A stretch of DNA of 64,000 nt from an uncultured Candidatus Saccharibacteria bacterium (GCA_964348515.1 CAYGDA010000002.1:12752-76751); one strand, 5' to 3'; numbered from the stretch's first letter, positions 18,748 through 28,681 are shown. Translations and numbers: made by a program. The notes: generated by a model from the sequence alone, not told the origin.

Positions 18748-20958
18748 TTATTTTGAAGGCCAAGCTTCAATCATAAGCATAGCATCTCTTCCTTTCAGAA
18801 TCTTCCAGATGGCTTCTGTTACGAACGGCATAAAGGGGTGCAGAGCCTTGAGCTCTTCTTCCAGGATTACAGTGAGTACCGTTTGGGCATTTTGTTTGTC
18901 GGTGTTTCCCGCGGATATCTGTTTTTTGGAATCTTCAATAATCACATCAGCAAAAGTGTGCCAAAAATAGTCGTATAGTTTTTCGCCCGCCAGATAGAAC
19001 CGGTAGTTTTCTATATCAGAAGTTATGTCGGCAAGTTTTTCACGCCATTCGCTGATTTTCTTGCGGTCAGTTTCGGGCAGGTTTTCGTAAGCGACGGGCG
19101 AATCCATGTCTTTCGTGTTTTCCGCCACAAACCGTGTCGCGTTCCAGATTTTGTTGGCGAAGTTTTTATAACCGCGTATTTTGTCTTCCGACAGTTTGGA
19201 ATCGTTGCCCGGGGCAGTGCCTATAATAAGAGAAAGACGCACGGCATCAGCTCCGTATTTGTCTATCATGTCCACCGGGTCAATTATGTTGCCGAGGGAT
19301 TTGGACATCTTCTGGCCCTTACCGTCGCGTACCAGGCCGTGCAGATAGACTTTTTTGAATGGGACTTGTCCTAAGAGATAAGTACTCATTAAAATCATAC
19401 GCGCTACCCAGAAGAAAAGAATATCGTACCCTGTCTCAAGAACGTCCGTTGGATGATACATTTCTAAATCCTTTGTTTTTTCCGGCCACCCGAGGGTGGA
19501 AAATGTCCAAAGACCCGAAGAAAACCAGGTATCAAGAGTATCGGAATCCTGTTCCCAGCCATCGCCTTCGGGGGCTTCTATCCCGGCATATATTTCATTT
19601 TCCTTATACCACACGGGTATTCTGTGCCCGTACCAGATTTGGCGGGATATACACCAGTCGCGCAGATTGTCTATCCAGTGGAAGTATATTTTTGAGAACC
19701 GTTCCGGGATAATTTCAGTTTGACCGCTTTCAACCGCGTGACGCATCAGTTTTTTGAGAGTAACTGTTTCGCCGGAGCTTATGCCTTCAAGCTCTGAATG
19801 GGGGAGAGTAAATTCTTTATTAACATTAACAAACCACTGGAGTTTAATTTGCGGTTCTATTATTCCTCCGCCGCGGCTGTTAACGGAAACATTGTGAATA
19901 TAATTTTCATCAATTTTTGTCACCAAGCCCTTCTTCTCCAGTTTTTCAACAATGGCCGCACGGGCTTTCTTGATGTGTTGTCCAGCGAATTCTCCGGCTA
20001 TGGGCAGAAGTATTCCGCGTTCGTCTATTACCTGTTCAATATCCAGGTTGTGCCGTTTTGCAATTTCAAAGTCTATTGCCGAGTGAGCCGGAGTGATGGT
20101 CATAACACCGGAACCGAATTCCATATCCGCCGCTTCATCTTTTATTATTGTCGCGGTTATGGGTCCGTTTATCCATTCAAGTTCGAAAGTACCTCCGTGT
20201 TTGTATTCCGCGTATCTTTTGTCATCCGGATGCATTACTACGTATTTGTCCCCGAACTTTGTTTCGGGACGTACTGTTCCGATTTCAAATGGACCGTATT
20301 TAAAATGATAGAAGGAATCTTTTTGCTCCACGTACTCCATCTCGTCATCGGAGACGGTAGTTTGGAGTTTTGGGTCCCAGTTGACGATGCGGTTGCCGCG
20401 GTAAATCAGTCCGTCGTCATACATTCTCTTGAATGCGGTTTTGACGGCCAGATTTCTTTTTTCGTCCAGCGTGTAGGCTTCTCGGCTCCAGTCAACTGAC
20501 GAGCCCATGCGGCGCAATTGATTTGTAATCCTGTCGTGGCTTTCTTGCGCAAATTTTTCCACCCGTTTCAGGAATTCCTCGCGCCCTAAATCGTGGCGTG
20601 TTTTTTCTTCCTTTTTGTAGATTTCTTTTTCTACTTTTTCCTGCGTGGCGATGGCGGCGTGGTCGGTGCCGGGGAGCCACAGAGCCTTTTTGCCGCGCAT
20701 GCGCTGGAAACGCACCATTATGTCTTCAATAGCCAGCATGGCGGCGTGCCCTATGTGGAGAGTCCCGGTTACATTGGGAGGAGGGAGGATTATAGAGTAG
20801 GGAGTTTTGTGGCGCTCGGGCAAATTGTCCGGATTAAAAAGCCCGGACTTTTCCCACCCTTCGTATATAAGACCCTCGGTTTCTTTAGGGTTGTATGGTT
20901 TTAATAGCTTATCTTTCTCCATATTGCGTATACTACAGAAACAAATGCTTAGAAACAA
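18748..20958 (-). CDS. valS: Valyl-tRNA synthetase (short form lacking the C-terminal coiled coil)
   Basis: PPPNVTGTLHIGHA (HIGH), KMSKSLGNIIDP (KMSKS) and a ValRS-type editing-domain region. At 736 aa it is shorter than canonical ValRS. Confidence 0.85.
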   Translation of the reverse strand: MFLSICFCSIRNMEKDKLLKPYNPKETEGLIYEGWEKSGLFNPDNLPERHKTPYSIILPPPNVTGTLHIGHAAMLAIEDIMVRFQRMRGKKALWLPGTDHAAIATQEKVEKEIYKKEEKTRHDLGREEFLKRVEKFAQESHDRITNQLRRMGSSVDWSREAYTLDEKRNLAVKTAFKRMYDDGLIYRGNRIVNWDPKLQTTVSDDEMEYVEQKDSFYHFKYGPFEIGTVRPETKFGDKYVVMHPDDKRYAEYKHGGTFELEWINGPITATIIKDEAADMEFGSGVMTITPAHSAIDFEIAKRHNLDIEQVIDERGILLPIAGEFAGQHIKKARAAIVEKLEKKGLVTKIDENYIHNVSVNSRGGGIIEPQIKLQWFVNVNKEFTLPHSELEGISSGETVTLKKLMRHAVESGQTEIIPERFSKIYFHWIDNLRDWCISRQIWYGHRIPVWYKENEIYAGIEAPEGDGWEQDSDTLDTWFSSGLWTFSTLGWPEKTKDLEMYHPTDVLETGYDILFFWVARMILMSTYLLGQVPFKKVYLHGLVRDGKGQKMSKSLGNIIDPVDMIDKYGADAVRLSLIIGTAPGNDSKLSEDKIRGYKNFANKIWNATRFVAENTKDMDSPVAYENLPETDRKKISEWREKLADITSDIENYRFYLAGEKLYDYFWHTFADVIIEDSKKQISAGNTDKQNAQTVLTVILEEELKALHPFMPFVTEAIWKILKGRDAMLMIEAWPSK

Positions 20959-21317
20959 GAAAATATTAACAAAACAATTCCGTTAAAAAATAATTTCCTT
21001 TCTCTGTTTTTTTGTCTCCAATATCTGATTTTGAGTTATCCACACTTTTCTTCAAAAAAATATTGTATATACGTTTTATATATTAGATAATGTATGTAGG
21101 ACGCGCACGGCATCATAAAAAAATTTTGGACACGCAAGTGTCTCCGCGGTCGATGATGCAGAAGTGAGCGTTACTTACTTAAAAAAAACATGGCAGCAAA
21201 AAAGAAAAAGGCAAAGAAGGCAGCGAAGAAACGCAAATAGTTCTCGTTGTTTTGCCAGAAAATCCCCCGCGCTCCCAAGCTGGGGGATTTTCTTTTTGTT
21301 TGTTAGAATGCCCCAGT

Positions 21318-23831
21318 ATGAAGTGGCTTAAGTCAATACTTGGAACCCCGGAGGATAAAATCCTGCGCAAATACAAGCCGATTTTAAATAAGATAAACTC
21401 GCTCGAGGAGGGGATGGAAAAGCTGACCCAGGATGATTTCAGGAGCAGGACTGAAGTTCTGAAGAAGCGTTTGAGCGACGGGGAAACTCTTGATGACATT
21501 TTGCCGGAGGCTTTTGCGCTTGTCCGCGAAGCATCAAGACGCACTCTCGGTGAGCGTCATTATGACGTGCAGCTTGTCGGTGGTATTTCTCTCCATGAGG
21601 GGAACATTACTGAGATGCGCACAGGTGAAGGAAAAACTTTGGTGGCCACATTGCCCGCGTATTTAAACGCACTCGAAGGAAAGGGATTGCACGTCGTCAC
21701 GGTAAACGATTATCTTTCCCGCCGTGATGGTGTGTGGATGGGGCAGATATACAACTACCTTGGACTCTCAATCGGTATCTTAAATCACAATGTTTCCTAT
21801 ATTTACGACCCGGCTCATTCCGACAAAGACAAGGAGCGCGACGAGACAGGGTCATTCCACGTGGTTCATGAATTTTTGAGACCGGTTTCCAAGAGGGAGG
21901 CTTATGCCGCGGACATCACTTACGGCACGAATAATGAATTCGGGTTTGATTATTTACGGGATAATATTTCTTACAATGAGGCGGATGTTGTTCAGCGCGG
22001 ATGGAATTACGCCATAGTAGACGAAATCGACTCTATATTAATAGACGAGGCTCGCACTCCGCTTATTATTTCAGCGCCGTCGGCCGAGTCGGAAAATCTG
22101 TATGAGGTATTTGCCCAACACGCCAGAAAATTCAATAAGGAAGAAGATTACACCGTTGACGAGAAGTTCAAGCAGATACAACTTACGGCTGAGGGCATAG
22201 CCAAAGCGGAAAAACTGCTGAATGTAGACAATATATATACGGAGAAGGGGATGAAGTACGTGCATCACCTGGAAACTGCCGTAAGGGCCAAGGCTTTGTA
22301 TTTATTGGACAAGGATTACGTAGTGCGGGACGGGGAGGTTGTTATTGTTGACGAATTTACGGGCAGACTCCAGCCCGGGCGCCGCTGGTCGGAGGGGCTC
22401 CACCAGGCTATAGAGGCTAAAGAGGGGGTTCATGTACAGAAGGAGTCGCGGACTTTGGCATCCATTACCTTCCAGAACTACTTCAGGTTCTATAAGAAGC
22501 TTTCCGGCATGACGGGTACAGCCGACACTTCAGCGGAAGAATTTGCCAAGGTATACGGTCTCCAGGTGGATAAGATTCCCACAAACAAAGCCGTTCAGCG
22601 TATTGACCATACAGATTTGATTTTTCAGACGGAGAAAGGAAAATTTCAGGCTATTACCAAAAAAATCCGGGAGCTTAACGAACACGGACAGCCGGTTCTT
22701 GTTGGTACCGCGTCAATTGATAAGAATGAAATTTTGTCGGAATATTTGAGGCGCGAAGGAATAAAACACGAACTCTTGAACGCCAAGAATCACGAACGTG
22801 AAGGCGAAATTATAGCGCAAGCCGGGCGGAAGGGTGCGGTTACCATAGCGACAAATATGGCCGGCCGCGGTGTGGATATTAAATTGGGAGGTAACCCGGC
22901 AAATAAAGAAGCCGCGGATGAAGTACGGTCTCTCGGTGGACTTTTTGTTCTGGGTACGGAGAGGCACGAAGCGCGCCGCATAGACAACCAGCTTCGCGGG
23001 CGCAGTGGCCGCCAGGGAGATCCGGGGGAAACACAATTTTATGTTTCTCTTGAGGATTCTCTTATGCGCGTGTTTGCGTCGGACACCGTAAAAAACATGA
23101 TGGGACGTTTTGGCATTCCCGAAGATGAGCCGATTGATTCACGGCTGGTGGCCAAAGCACTGGAGAGCGCTCAGGCAAAAATAGAAGGACACAACTTTGA
23201 TTCGCGCAAAAGCGTTTTGCAGTTTGACGATGTTCTTAACCACCAGCGCGCCACAATTTACACACGCCGCCGCAAAATCCTTATGGGGGGAATGGAAGAA
23301 GCGCGAGAGTACGTTATGTCCGTAGCCGAGGCAGACGAAGAATTATTGCAAAAAATAAACGAGAAAACAGGCAAAATAGGCGTAGAACTTTTCTATAAAA
23401 TTATGCGCAGCGTAGCTCTCCAGACGATTGATTCCCTGTGGATGGAACATTTGGAGGTTATGGATTATCTGCGCAGTTCCGTGAACTTGCGCGCTTACGG
23501 CCAGCGCGATCCTTTGGTTGAGTATAAAAAAGAGGGACTCCGTCTTTTCCGCGACATGGAGGCGACACTGGAAGGAAGAATGATTGAGTTTATTGAACAT
23601 ATTGAAGAAGTCGCCAAGGCGATGGAGCCTGCGCCCAAGGCGGTTTATGACACGAAAAATATACAGGAAGGATTTGAAGGAGGCGGGGATGTGCCCTCCG
23701 GCGGTGTTACTGTGCATAATGAAGAAAAGGTAGGGCGAAATGACCCGTGCCCGTGCGGAAGCGGAAAAAAGTATAAAAAATGCGGGGATTTGAACACGGA
23801 GGAGCATCAGAGACTAATGAATGGGAAATAA
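21318..23831 (+). CDS. secA: Preprotein translocase ATPase SecA
   Basis: MKWLKSILG start (the track ORF extends upstream to 21252 but the SecA N-terminus begins here). DEAD-like motor motifs and a C-terminal zinc finger CPCGSGKKYKKC. Confidence 0.9.
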   Translation: MKWLKSILGTPEDKILRKYKPILNKINSLEEGMEKLTQDDFRSRTEVLKKRLSDGETLDDILPEAFALVREASRRTLGERHYDVQLVGGISLHEGNITEMRTGEGKTLVATLPAYLNALEGKGLHVVTVNDYLSRRDGVWMGQIYNYLGLSIGILNHNVSYIYDPAHSDKDKERDETGSFHVVHEFLRPVSKREAYAADITYGTNNEFGFDYLRDNISYNEADVVQRGWNYAIVDEIDSILIDEARTPLIISAPSAESENLYEVFAQHARKFNKEEDYTVDEKFKQIQLTAEGIAKAEKLLNVDNIYTEKGMKYVHHLETAVRAKALYLLDKDYVVRDGEVVIVDEFTGRLQPGRRWSEGLHQAIEAKEGVHVQKESRTLASITFQNYFRFYKKLSGMTGTADTSAEEFAKVYGLQVDKIPTNKAVQRIDHTDLIFQTEKGKFQAITKKIRELNEHGQPVLVGTASIDKNEILSEYLRREGIKHELLNAKNHEREGEIIAQAGRKGAVTIATNMAGRGVDIKLGGNPANKEAADEVRSLGGLFVLGTERHEARRIDNQLRGRSGRQGDPGETQFYVSLEDSLMRVFASDTVKNMMGRFGIPEDEPIDSRLVAKALESAQAKIEGHNFDSRKSVLQFDDVLNHQRATIYTRRRKILMGGMEEAREYVMSVAEADEELLQKINEKTGKIGVELFYKIMRSVALQTIDSLWMEHLEVMDYLRSSVNLRAYGQRDPLVEYKKEGLRLFRDMEATLEGRMIEFIEHIEEVAKAMEPAPKAVYDTKNIQEGFEGGGDVPSGGVTVHNEEKVGRNDPCPCGSGKKYKKCGDLNTEEHQRLMNGK

Positions 23832-23864
23832 TTTTTTTAACTTTATATTTAGTAAATATCGCAT

Positions 23865-25163
23865 ATGTCAGATTTAACGAAAGACGCTAGTCTGAACACT
23901 TCTTATTGCCAAGAGTTAGAAGCTCAGAGTGTTGTAAATCGCGGCCTTTGGTTTGCTAAATTTATTAGAAATAATAAAAAAATAATTATTGACGTATTAA
24001 CTACTTATGAAATATATAGAGTTGCTAATGATGAAATATCCAGAACTCTTGATTTATTAGAAAATTTAAACGAAAACAAAGAATACTTTGAAAAGAAAAT
24101 TGGAACAACCGTTTCTTTTTTACCCATAAATCAACCATTATATGCTTTGGCTTGTTTCGGTATCGTTCCGGCTTTAATGTCGAAACAGGTGTATGTGCGT
24201 CCACCAGCGATAGCGTGGGGCATGATTAATGAACTGGTTAAGGTTATATCTTTAAATACATTTTTCCCAAATCTGTTTATATCTAACCAAACGCGGAATG
24301 AATTTATAAATCAACACAAAATGAGAAAGGGGATTAATAGAGCCGATGTTGTAATTTTTACCGGTAAGCCAGAAAATGCTTATATTACCCAAAAAGCTTT
24401 TGGGGAATCGGTTTTATTTATAGGAAATGGGGCAAGCCATAATCCCGTCGTTATCTCAAGAGGTGCTGATATAGATGCTTCTGTGGAGGCAGTATTAGAG
24501 GTCCAACTATATAATCAAGGAGCTGATTGTGCTGCCCCAAATTCAATACTCGTAGAATCTAGCGTTTATAATAATTTTATTAAGAGGTTAAGAATAGCCG
24601 TAAAGGGAGTAAAAGTAGGTGGCTATAAAGACAAGGAGACTATTGTAGGTCCATTTCTTGAAAAGAAACATTTAAAAGAAGTGGAAGCATTACTAATGGA
24701 ATACGATAGGTTTATAGACCACTCTACTCGGCCTGTTTTAAGACGTGAAGAAAATATTATTGCTCCGATTATTATAAATAAACCGTTAGTTGAAGGTGGA
24801 AATTATGTTGAATGGTATGCCCCGGTTTTTATAGTTCAAAAATATGAAAAAGATTCAGATCTGCATCTTTATTTTGAAAATCCTGTTTATGAAAAACAAG
24901 CTGGTTACATAACTCTTTTTGGGAAAAGTGATTATGTCGAAGGGCTAATAGGAAAAAAGTTTTATTCTGGCAAAATTCTTCACCCAGCGGATACTATACT
25001 TAGAAATACACACCTTCATGCGTTTGGTATGGAACGTGGAGTAAAACCATATGGTGGTTACGGAGAAAACAGTTCATTTGTTAGCTGGGGTGGTATTACT
25101 TTACCTAAACCAACGCTGCCACAACGAGAAATATACGATTATTTGGTCAAAAATAAATTTTAA
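23865..25163 (+). CDS. Aldehyde-dehydrogenase-superfamily reductase-like protein (LuxC/ProA/CoA-acylating ALDH-like); AT-rich cassette gene 1
   Basis: The ALDH Rossmann motif (VVIFTGK) and the catalytic-Cys motif (YNQGADCAAPNSILV, compare F.N.GQ.C.A..R) are present. The general-base Glu motif ELGG is replaced by FIGNG. 432 aa, about 33 % GC. Confidence 0.5.
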   Translation: MSDLTKDASLNTSYCQELEAQSVVNRGLWFAKFIRNNKKIIIDVLTTYEIYRVANDEISRTLDLLENLNENKEYFEKKIGTTVSFLPINQPLYALACFGIVPALMSKQVYVRPPAIAWGMINELVKVISLNTFFPNLFISNQTRNEFINQHKMRKGINRADVVIFTGKPENAYITQKAFGESVLFIGNGASHNPVVISRGADIDASVEAVLEVQLYNQGADCAAPNSILVESSVYNNFIKRLRIAVKGVKVGGYKDKETIVGPFLEKKHLKEVEALLMEYDRFIDHSTRPVLRREENIIAPIIINKPLVEGGNYVEWYAPVFIVQKYEKDSDLHLYFENPVYEKQAGYITLFGKSDYVEGLIGKKFYSGKILHPADTILRNTHLHAFGMERGVKPYGGYGENSSFVSWGGITLPKPTLPQREIYDYLVKNKF

Positions 25164-25810
25164 TGAAACTAATCTCTAAAATAGAAAATGCCCGCTATTC
25201 TGCAACCATATCTCATAATAATTATTTAGGAGAATGTATTTCTGTTGCATATGAATTAACAGGAGAAGAGGTGAAGGAAGGAGGATTTACGGATAAAACT
25301 GTGTTGATTTTATTAAAAATTAAAAATGAAGAATTTCCTTTTGAAAATAATAAACGAGAGACTTTATTTGGGAAAGGGACTTTTGTGGGGAATAAAGTAC
25401 CATTAAGAATAATGAGTTCGTGTATGACCGGACTATTGGGTGATAAAATGTGTGAATGTCATGATGATATGGTTAAGTATTTAAAGACGCTTGGGGCTCG
25501 AGACGAGGGTATATTTGTTTATTTGCCCCAAGAAGGACAAGGTAGGGGTCTTAAGGTTAAACTTAGAGACCATAGGTTACAGTATGGTTTTGATGATATG
25601 GGAAAAAGAATCGTCCCAAAGACTTTTAGAGAGGCTACGTCGTATTTAATACCCAATAGTAAATTTGATATAAGAAAGTTCGGGTTTCTGAAAGACTGCT
25701 TCAGTCTTCTTGGCCTTGATATGTTTGAGTTTGGTTGGCTTGGGGGCGAAAACAGGATTAAACAACTTAAAAGTGAAACCGGTTTAAGGGTAAGTAATTT
25801 AAAATTTTAA
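25163..25810 (+). CDS. GTP cyclohydrolase II (RibA)-like protein; AT-rich cassette gene 2
   Basis: RIMSSCMTGLLGDKMCECH matches the zinc site (RVHSECLTGD...CDCG), and YLPQEGQGRGL matches YHRQEGRNIGL. Overlaps gene 1 at TAATG. Confidence 0.65.
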   Translation: MKLISKIENARYSATISHNNYLGECISVAYELTGEEVKEGGFTDKTVLILLKIKNEEFPFENNKRETLFGKGTFVGNKVPLRIMSSCMTGLLGDKMCECHDDMVKYLKTLGARDEGIFVYLPQEGQGRGLKVKLRDHRLQYGFDDMGKRIVPKTFREATSYLIPNSKFDIRKFGFLKDCFSLLGLDMFEFGWLGGENRIKQLKSETGLRVSNLKF

Positions 25811-26658
25811 TGAGTCAAATTCCTTTTGAAGGTTACGACTTCGAAAAAATAAAGAAAGAATTCAATGCCGTTCTTTCAGAGGTTTTTGATAAGGATATAG
25901 AATATGCTTTTTTTAGTGGAAGTGTGGCTTATGGCGGAGGAATAGTAAAAAAAAGTGATATTGATATAGCTATCGTACTAAAAGAAAAAGAGTATTCGTT
26001 GTCTAAATTTATTGATTTTGGAAAACACTATATCGAGATAAACAAAAAAAATAATTTCGTTCCCGACGTTACCTTCCCTGGAGAATTTCTTACGCCACTT
26101 TTGGTTTCAGATGCTATTTCTGGCAGGGGTTTTTCAGTAAAAGATAATATTTTATATTTACCTATTGCATCCACTGAATATTATTTGGCTGACCCAGAAC
26201 GTTGGTTCAGGGCTTGGTTAAGTATGTTGACTTTTAGTGTTTTTGTAACTGGTTCTGTTTCAAAATTTGAAGAGGCAAAAAGAAATGCATGGAGGACAGT
26301 TTTACTATTTTTGTTTTCCACACCTCAGTTCCGTGTAGTTAGCTTAAGTGACTTAACGGATATGCTTTCTAATGGGGATAACAAATGGCTAGGTTTTGGG
26401 GTCACAAAGAATTATTGTCTTTTTCGTGATTATGAAACAAAGATAATTAAAAATACTTTAGTCGGATTAATCCAAGAGGGTTTTATAGAGGAATCAGGTG
26501 GTTTTTATAGACCGGTCCGTAAGGCCATTAATATGTGGAATTACTCGGTTGTTCAGAAGATAAAAGATAAAAGCATAAGAAAGGCTAATTTTTTAATAGA
26601 CCTTGATAATACTAATAAAATATCTAATTCATTTAATGTTGGAAGAATTGGTACTTAA
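25810..26658 (+). CDS. Pol-beta-superfamily nucleotidyltransferase with C-terminal helical domain (ANT/LinB/AbiEii-like size); AT-rich cassette gene 3
   Basis: Motif FFSGSVAYGGGIVKKSDIDIAIVL (hG[GS]-x10-DhD). 282 aa. Overlaps gene 2 at TAATG. Confidence 0.6.
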   Translation: MSQIPFEGYDFEKIKKEFNAVLSEVFDKDIEYAFFSGSVAYGGGIVKKSDIDIAIVLKEKEYSLSKFIDFGKHYIEINKKNNFVPDVTFPGEFLTPLLVSDAISGRGFSVKDNILYLPIASTEYYLADPERWFRAWLSMLTFSVFVTGSVSKFEEAKRNAWRTVLLFLFSTPQFRVVSLSDLTDMLSNGDNKWLGFGVTKNYCLFRDYETKIIKNTLVGLIQEGFIEESGGFYRPVRKAINMWNYSVVQKIKDKSIRKANFLIDLDNTNKISNSFNVGRIGT

Positions 26659-26797
26659 GAGGTTAAATTTCCACAAGATGCTTATAATTAACGATAACTG
26701 CTCACGAGATTAGTATTTTAATTTTTGTTATAATCCAAAACTCTAGGGGGACGTATCCATTTGGGGCACATTTCAAGAAGTGCCAAGGGGCATAACT

Positions 26798-27076
26798 ATG
26801 GAAAATCTGGAACAAAGAATAGAAAAAATAGAGGAAAGAAATTCACGTGTAGAAATTGACAAAGCGTGGGAAACGAGCTGGACCCGCAGAGTTTTATTGG
26901 CATTGCTTACGTACTTGGCAATAGGGTTGTATTTGTGGACAATTGAAATATCAAGACCCTGGCTGAACGCGATAGTCCCGACTGTCGGTTTTATGGTCTC
27001 GACCTTAACGATGCCGTTTTTCAGGGGATTGTGGTTAAAGTTTGTGTGTAGTACAAAAAAACATAAAGAGATATGA
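26798..27076 (+). CDS. Small coiled-coil plus 2-TM membrane protein
   Basis: SD AAGGGG 7 nt upstream. MENLEQRIEKIEERNSRVEIDKAWETSWTRRVLLALLTYLAIG, then two TM helices. Confidence 0.45.
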   Translation: MENLEQRIEKIEERNSRVEIDKAWETSWTRRVLLALLTYLAIGLYLWTIEISRPWLNAIVPTVGFMVSTLTMPFFRGLWLKFVCSTKKHKEI

Positions 27077-27726
27077 AGTTACTCCTTACGTCCGGCGGTC
27101 TGACGAACAAATCTATAGAGAAAGCTTTGTTTGACCTGGTTGGTAAAAAACCGGAAGAGACATCGCTGGTTTTTATCCCAACGGCTTCAAACATTGAAAC
27201 GGGGGACAAGGGTTGGTTTATTGACGATCTTTCCAACCTTAAAAAACAGAATTTTAAGTCAATCTGCATTGCAGATATTTCCGCCGTTCCGGAAGATATT
27301 TGGAGGCCTCAAATTGAAGAGGCCGACGTTCTGTTTTTCGAAGGAGGAAATACGTATCACTTGATGAGGTGGATAAACAAAACCGGTCTCGTAAGTATGC
27401 TTCCGGAACTGCTTAAAACAAAAGTATACGTAGGGTTGAGTGCGGGAAGCATGGTAACTAACCCGGACTTAGCGCTGAGGTTATCTCAAATAATATACGG
27501 CGATGATCTGGAGGAGGAAGCCATGGATGGGCTTAACTATGTGGATTTTTATTTTCTGCCCCATCTAAATTCACCGTTCTTCCCTGCGCGTATGGAAGAA
27601 AAAATCAGAGAGGTTGCCGGAACTTTATCCAGAAAAATATATGCTCTTGACGATCAGTCTGCTCTGAAGATTGTCGATGGTAATGTTGAAGTTATAAGCG
27701 AGGGGAAGTGGCTCGCTGTTAATTGA
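27073..27726 (+). CDS. Peptidase S51 family protein (dipeptidase E / cyanophycinase-like)
   Basis: LLLTSGG, FFEGGNTYHLMRW, and catalytic Ser context VGLSAGSM. 217 aa. Confidence 0.75.
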   Translation: MKLLLTSGGLTNKSIEKALFDLVGKKPEETSLVFIPTASNIETGDKGWFIDDLSNLKKQNFKSICIADISAVPEDIWRPQIEEADVLFFEGGNTYHLMRWINKTGLVSMLPELLKTKVYVGLSAGSMVTNPDLALRLSQIIYGDDLEEEAMDGLNYVDFYFLPHLNSPFFPARMEEKIREVAGTLSRKIYALDDQSALKIVDGNVEVISEGKWLAVN

Positions 27727-27732
27727 AATCAT

Positions 27733-28197
27733 ATGAAAAAAATTTTAACGCTTTGTTTGGTTCATAATCATCCGCAGGTTTTACTTGGTATGAAGAAACG
27801 CGGATTTGGTGCCGGACGCTGGAATGGTTTCGGAGGAAAAATTCAGGGAGAAGAAACAATAGAAGAAGCGGCGCGCCGTGAAATGTTGGAAGAGGCGGGG
27901 ATTGAACTTCAAGATATTGAGAAGAGGGGAATCATTGAGTTTGAATTCCAGGGGAACCCGGAAATTCTGGAGGTGCATATTTTCCGCTCGGAAAATTTTG
28001 AAGGTGAACCTAAGGAAAGTGAAGAGATGAAACCGGCATGGTATCACGTTGATGAAGTTCCGTTTGAAGAAATGTGGCCTGATGACATTCATTGGTTTCC
28101 TCTTTTTCTTGGCGGGAAAAAATTTAAGGGTAAATTTTTGTTCGGTCCCGGTGATTCTATTTTGGAGCAGGAGCTTTTTGAAGTTGAAGAGATTTAA
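27733..28197 (+). CDS. NUDIX hydrolase, MTH1/NUDT1-like (oxidised purine NTP pyrophosphatase-like)
   Basis: Nudix box GGKIQGEETIEEAARREMLEEAGI. The flanks RWNGFGGK and WFPLF closely resemble MTH1. Confidence 0.75.
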   Translation: MKKILTLCLVHNHPQVLLGMKKRGFGAGRWNGFGGKIQGEETIEEAARREMLEEAGIELQDIEKRGIIEFEFQGNPEILEVHIFRSENFEGEPKESEEMKPAWYHVDEVPFEEMWPDDIHWFPLFLGGKKFKGKFLFGPGDSILEQELFEVEEI

Positions 28198-28370
28198 ATA
28201 TTTCGGCCATGGTTTTTGGAATTAGGGAGTTTTCCACAGGTTTTAGGAGCACTGTTTTTGCGACGTTTGGCCTGAGCTTACAGGACTGGTTTTTTTGAAG
28301 AAGGCGCAATTTTGGAGAGCTCCCCGGTTCGGCTATAATGAATGTATAGGAGGTTAAAGAATCACACGCG

Positions 28371-28565
28371 ATGATCCCGGCTGCTTACAATGAATACCGA
28401 TGCAAGAAGTGCAATAAACTTTTTTTCAAAGGTATTTTAGTTGAAAGCGAGGTCGAGATTAAATGCAAAAAGTGCGGCTCTCTGGAAAAGATAAAAGGGA
28501 TTAATGCGGAGCAATTGCTTTGTTTAAAGCCCGTTTGTCCGAACAGGGTGGCGTTTCAGAAATAA
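28371..28565 (+). CDS. Small Zn-ribbon protein (phage Mu Com-like C4 finger)
   Basis: YRCKKCNKLFFKG...EIKCKKCGSLEKI shows the paired CxxC spacing characteristic of Com-family zinc fingers. 64 aa. Confidence 0.4.
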   Translation: MIPAAYNEYRCKKCNKLFFKGILVESEVEIKCKKCGSLEKIKGINAEQLLCLKPVCPNRVAFQK

Positions 28566-28681
28566 GTTTGCGCACTTTTGGTAAATAGGATGCAGAAGCT
28601 CTCGAAGCTCACAAACAAAGCGTGGGCGTTTTTTTATCTCTAATTTTATTAACTTTTATTAACGTTTTTATTCGCAAACCC

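Noticed and set aside
21190-21240. 16-codon Lys-rich ORF (MAAKKKKAKKAAKKRK) upstream of secA
   Set aside because: There is no SD. It lies in an A-rich promoter region between divergent valS and secA. It is most likely a chance ORF in poly-A/G sequence, though a leader peptide cannot be excluded.
21252-21317. Extended N-terminus of secA from the track ORF
   Set aside because: The SecA N-terminus aligns from MKWLKSILG (21318). The upstream extension is not SecA-like and overlaps the promoter region.
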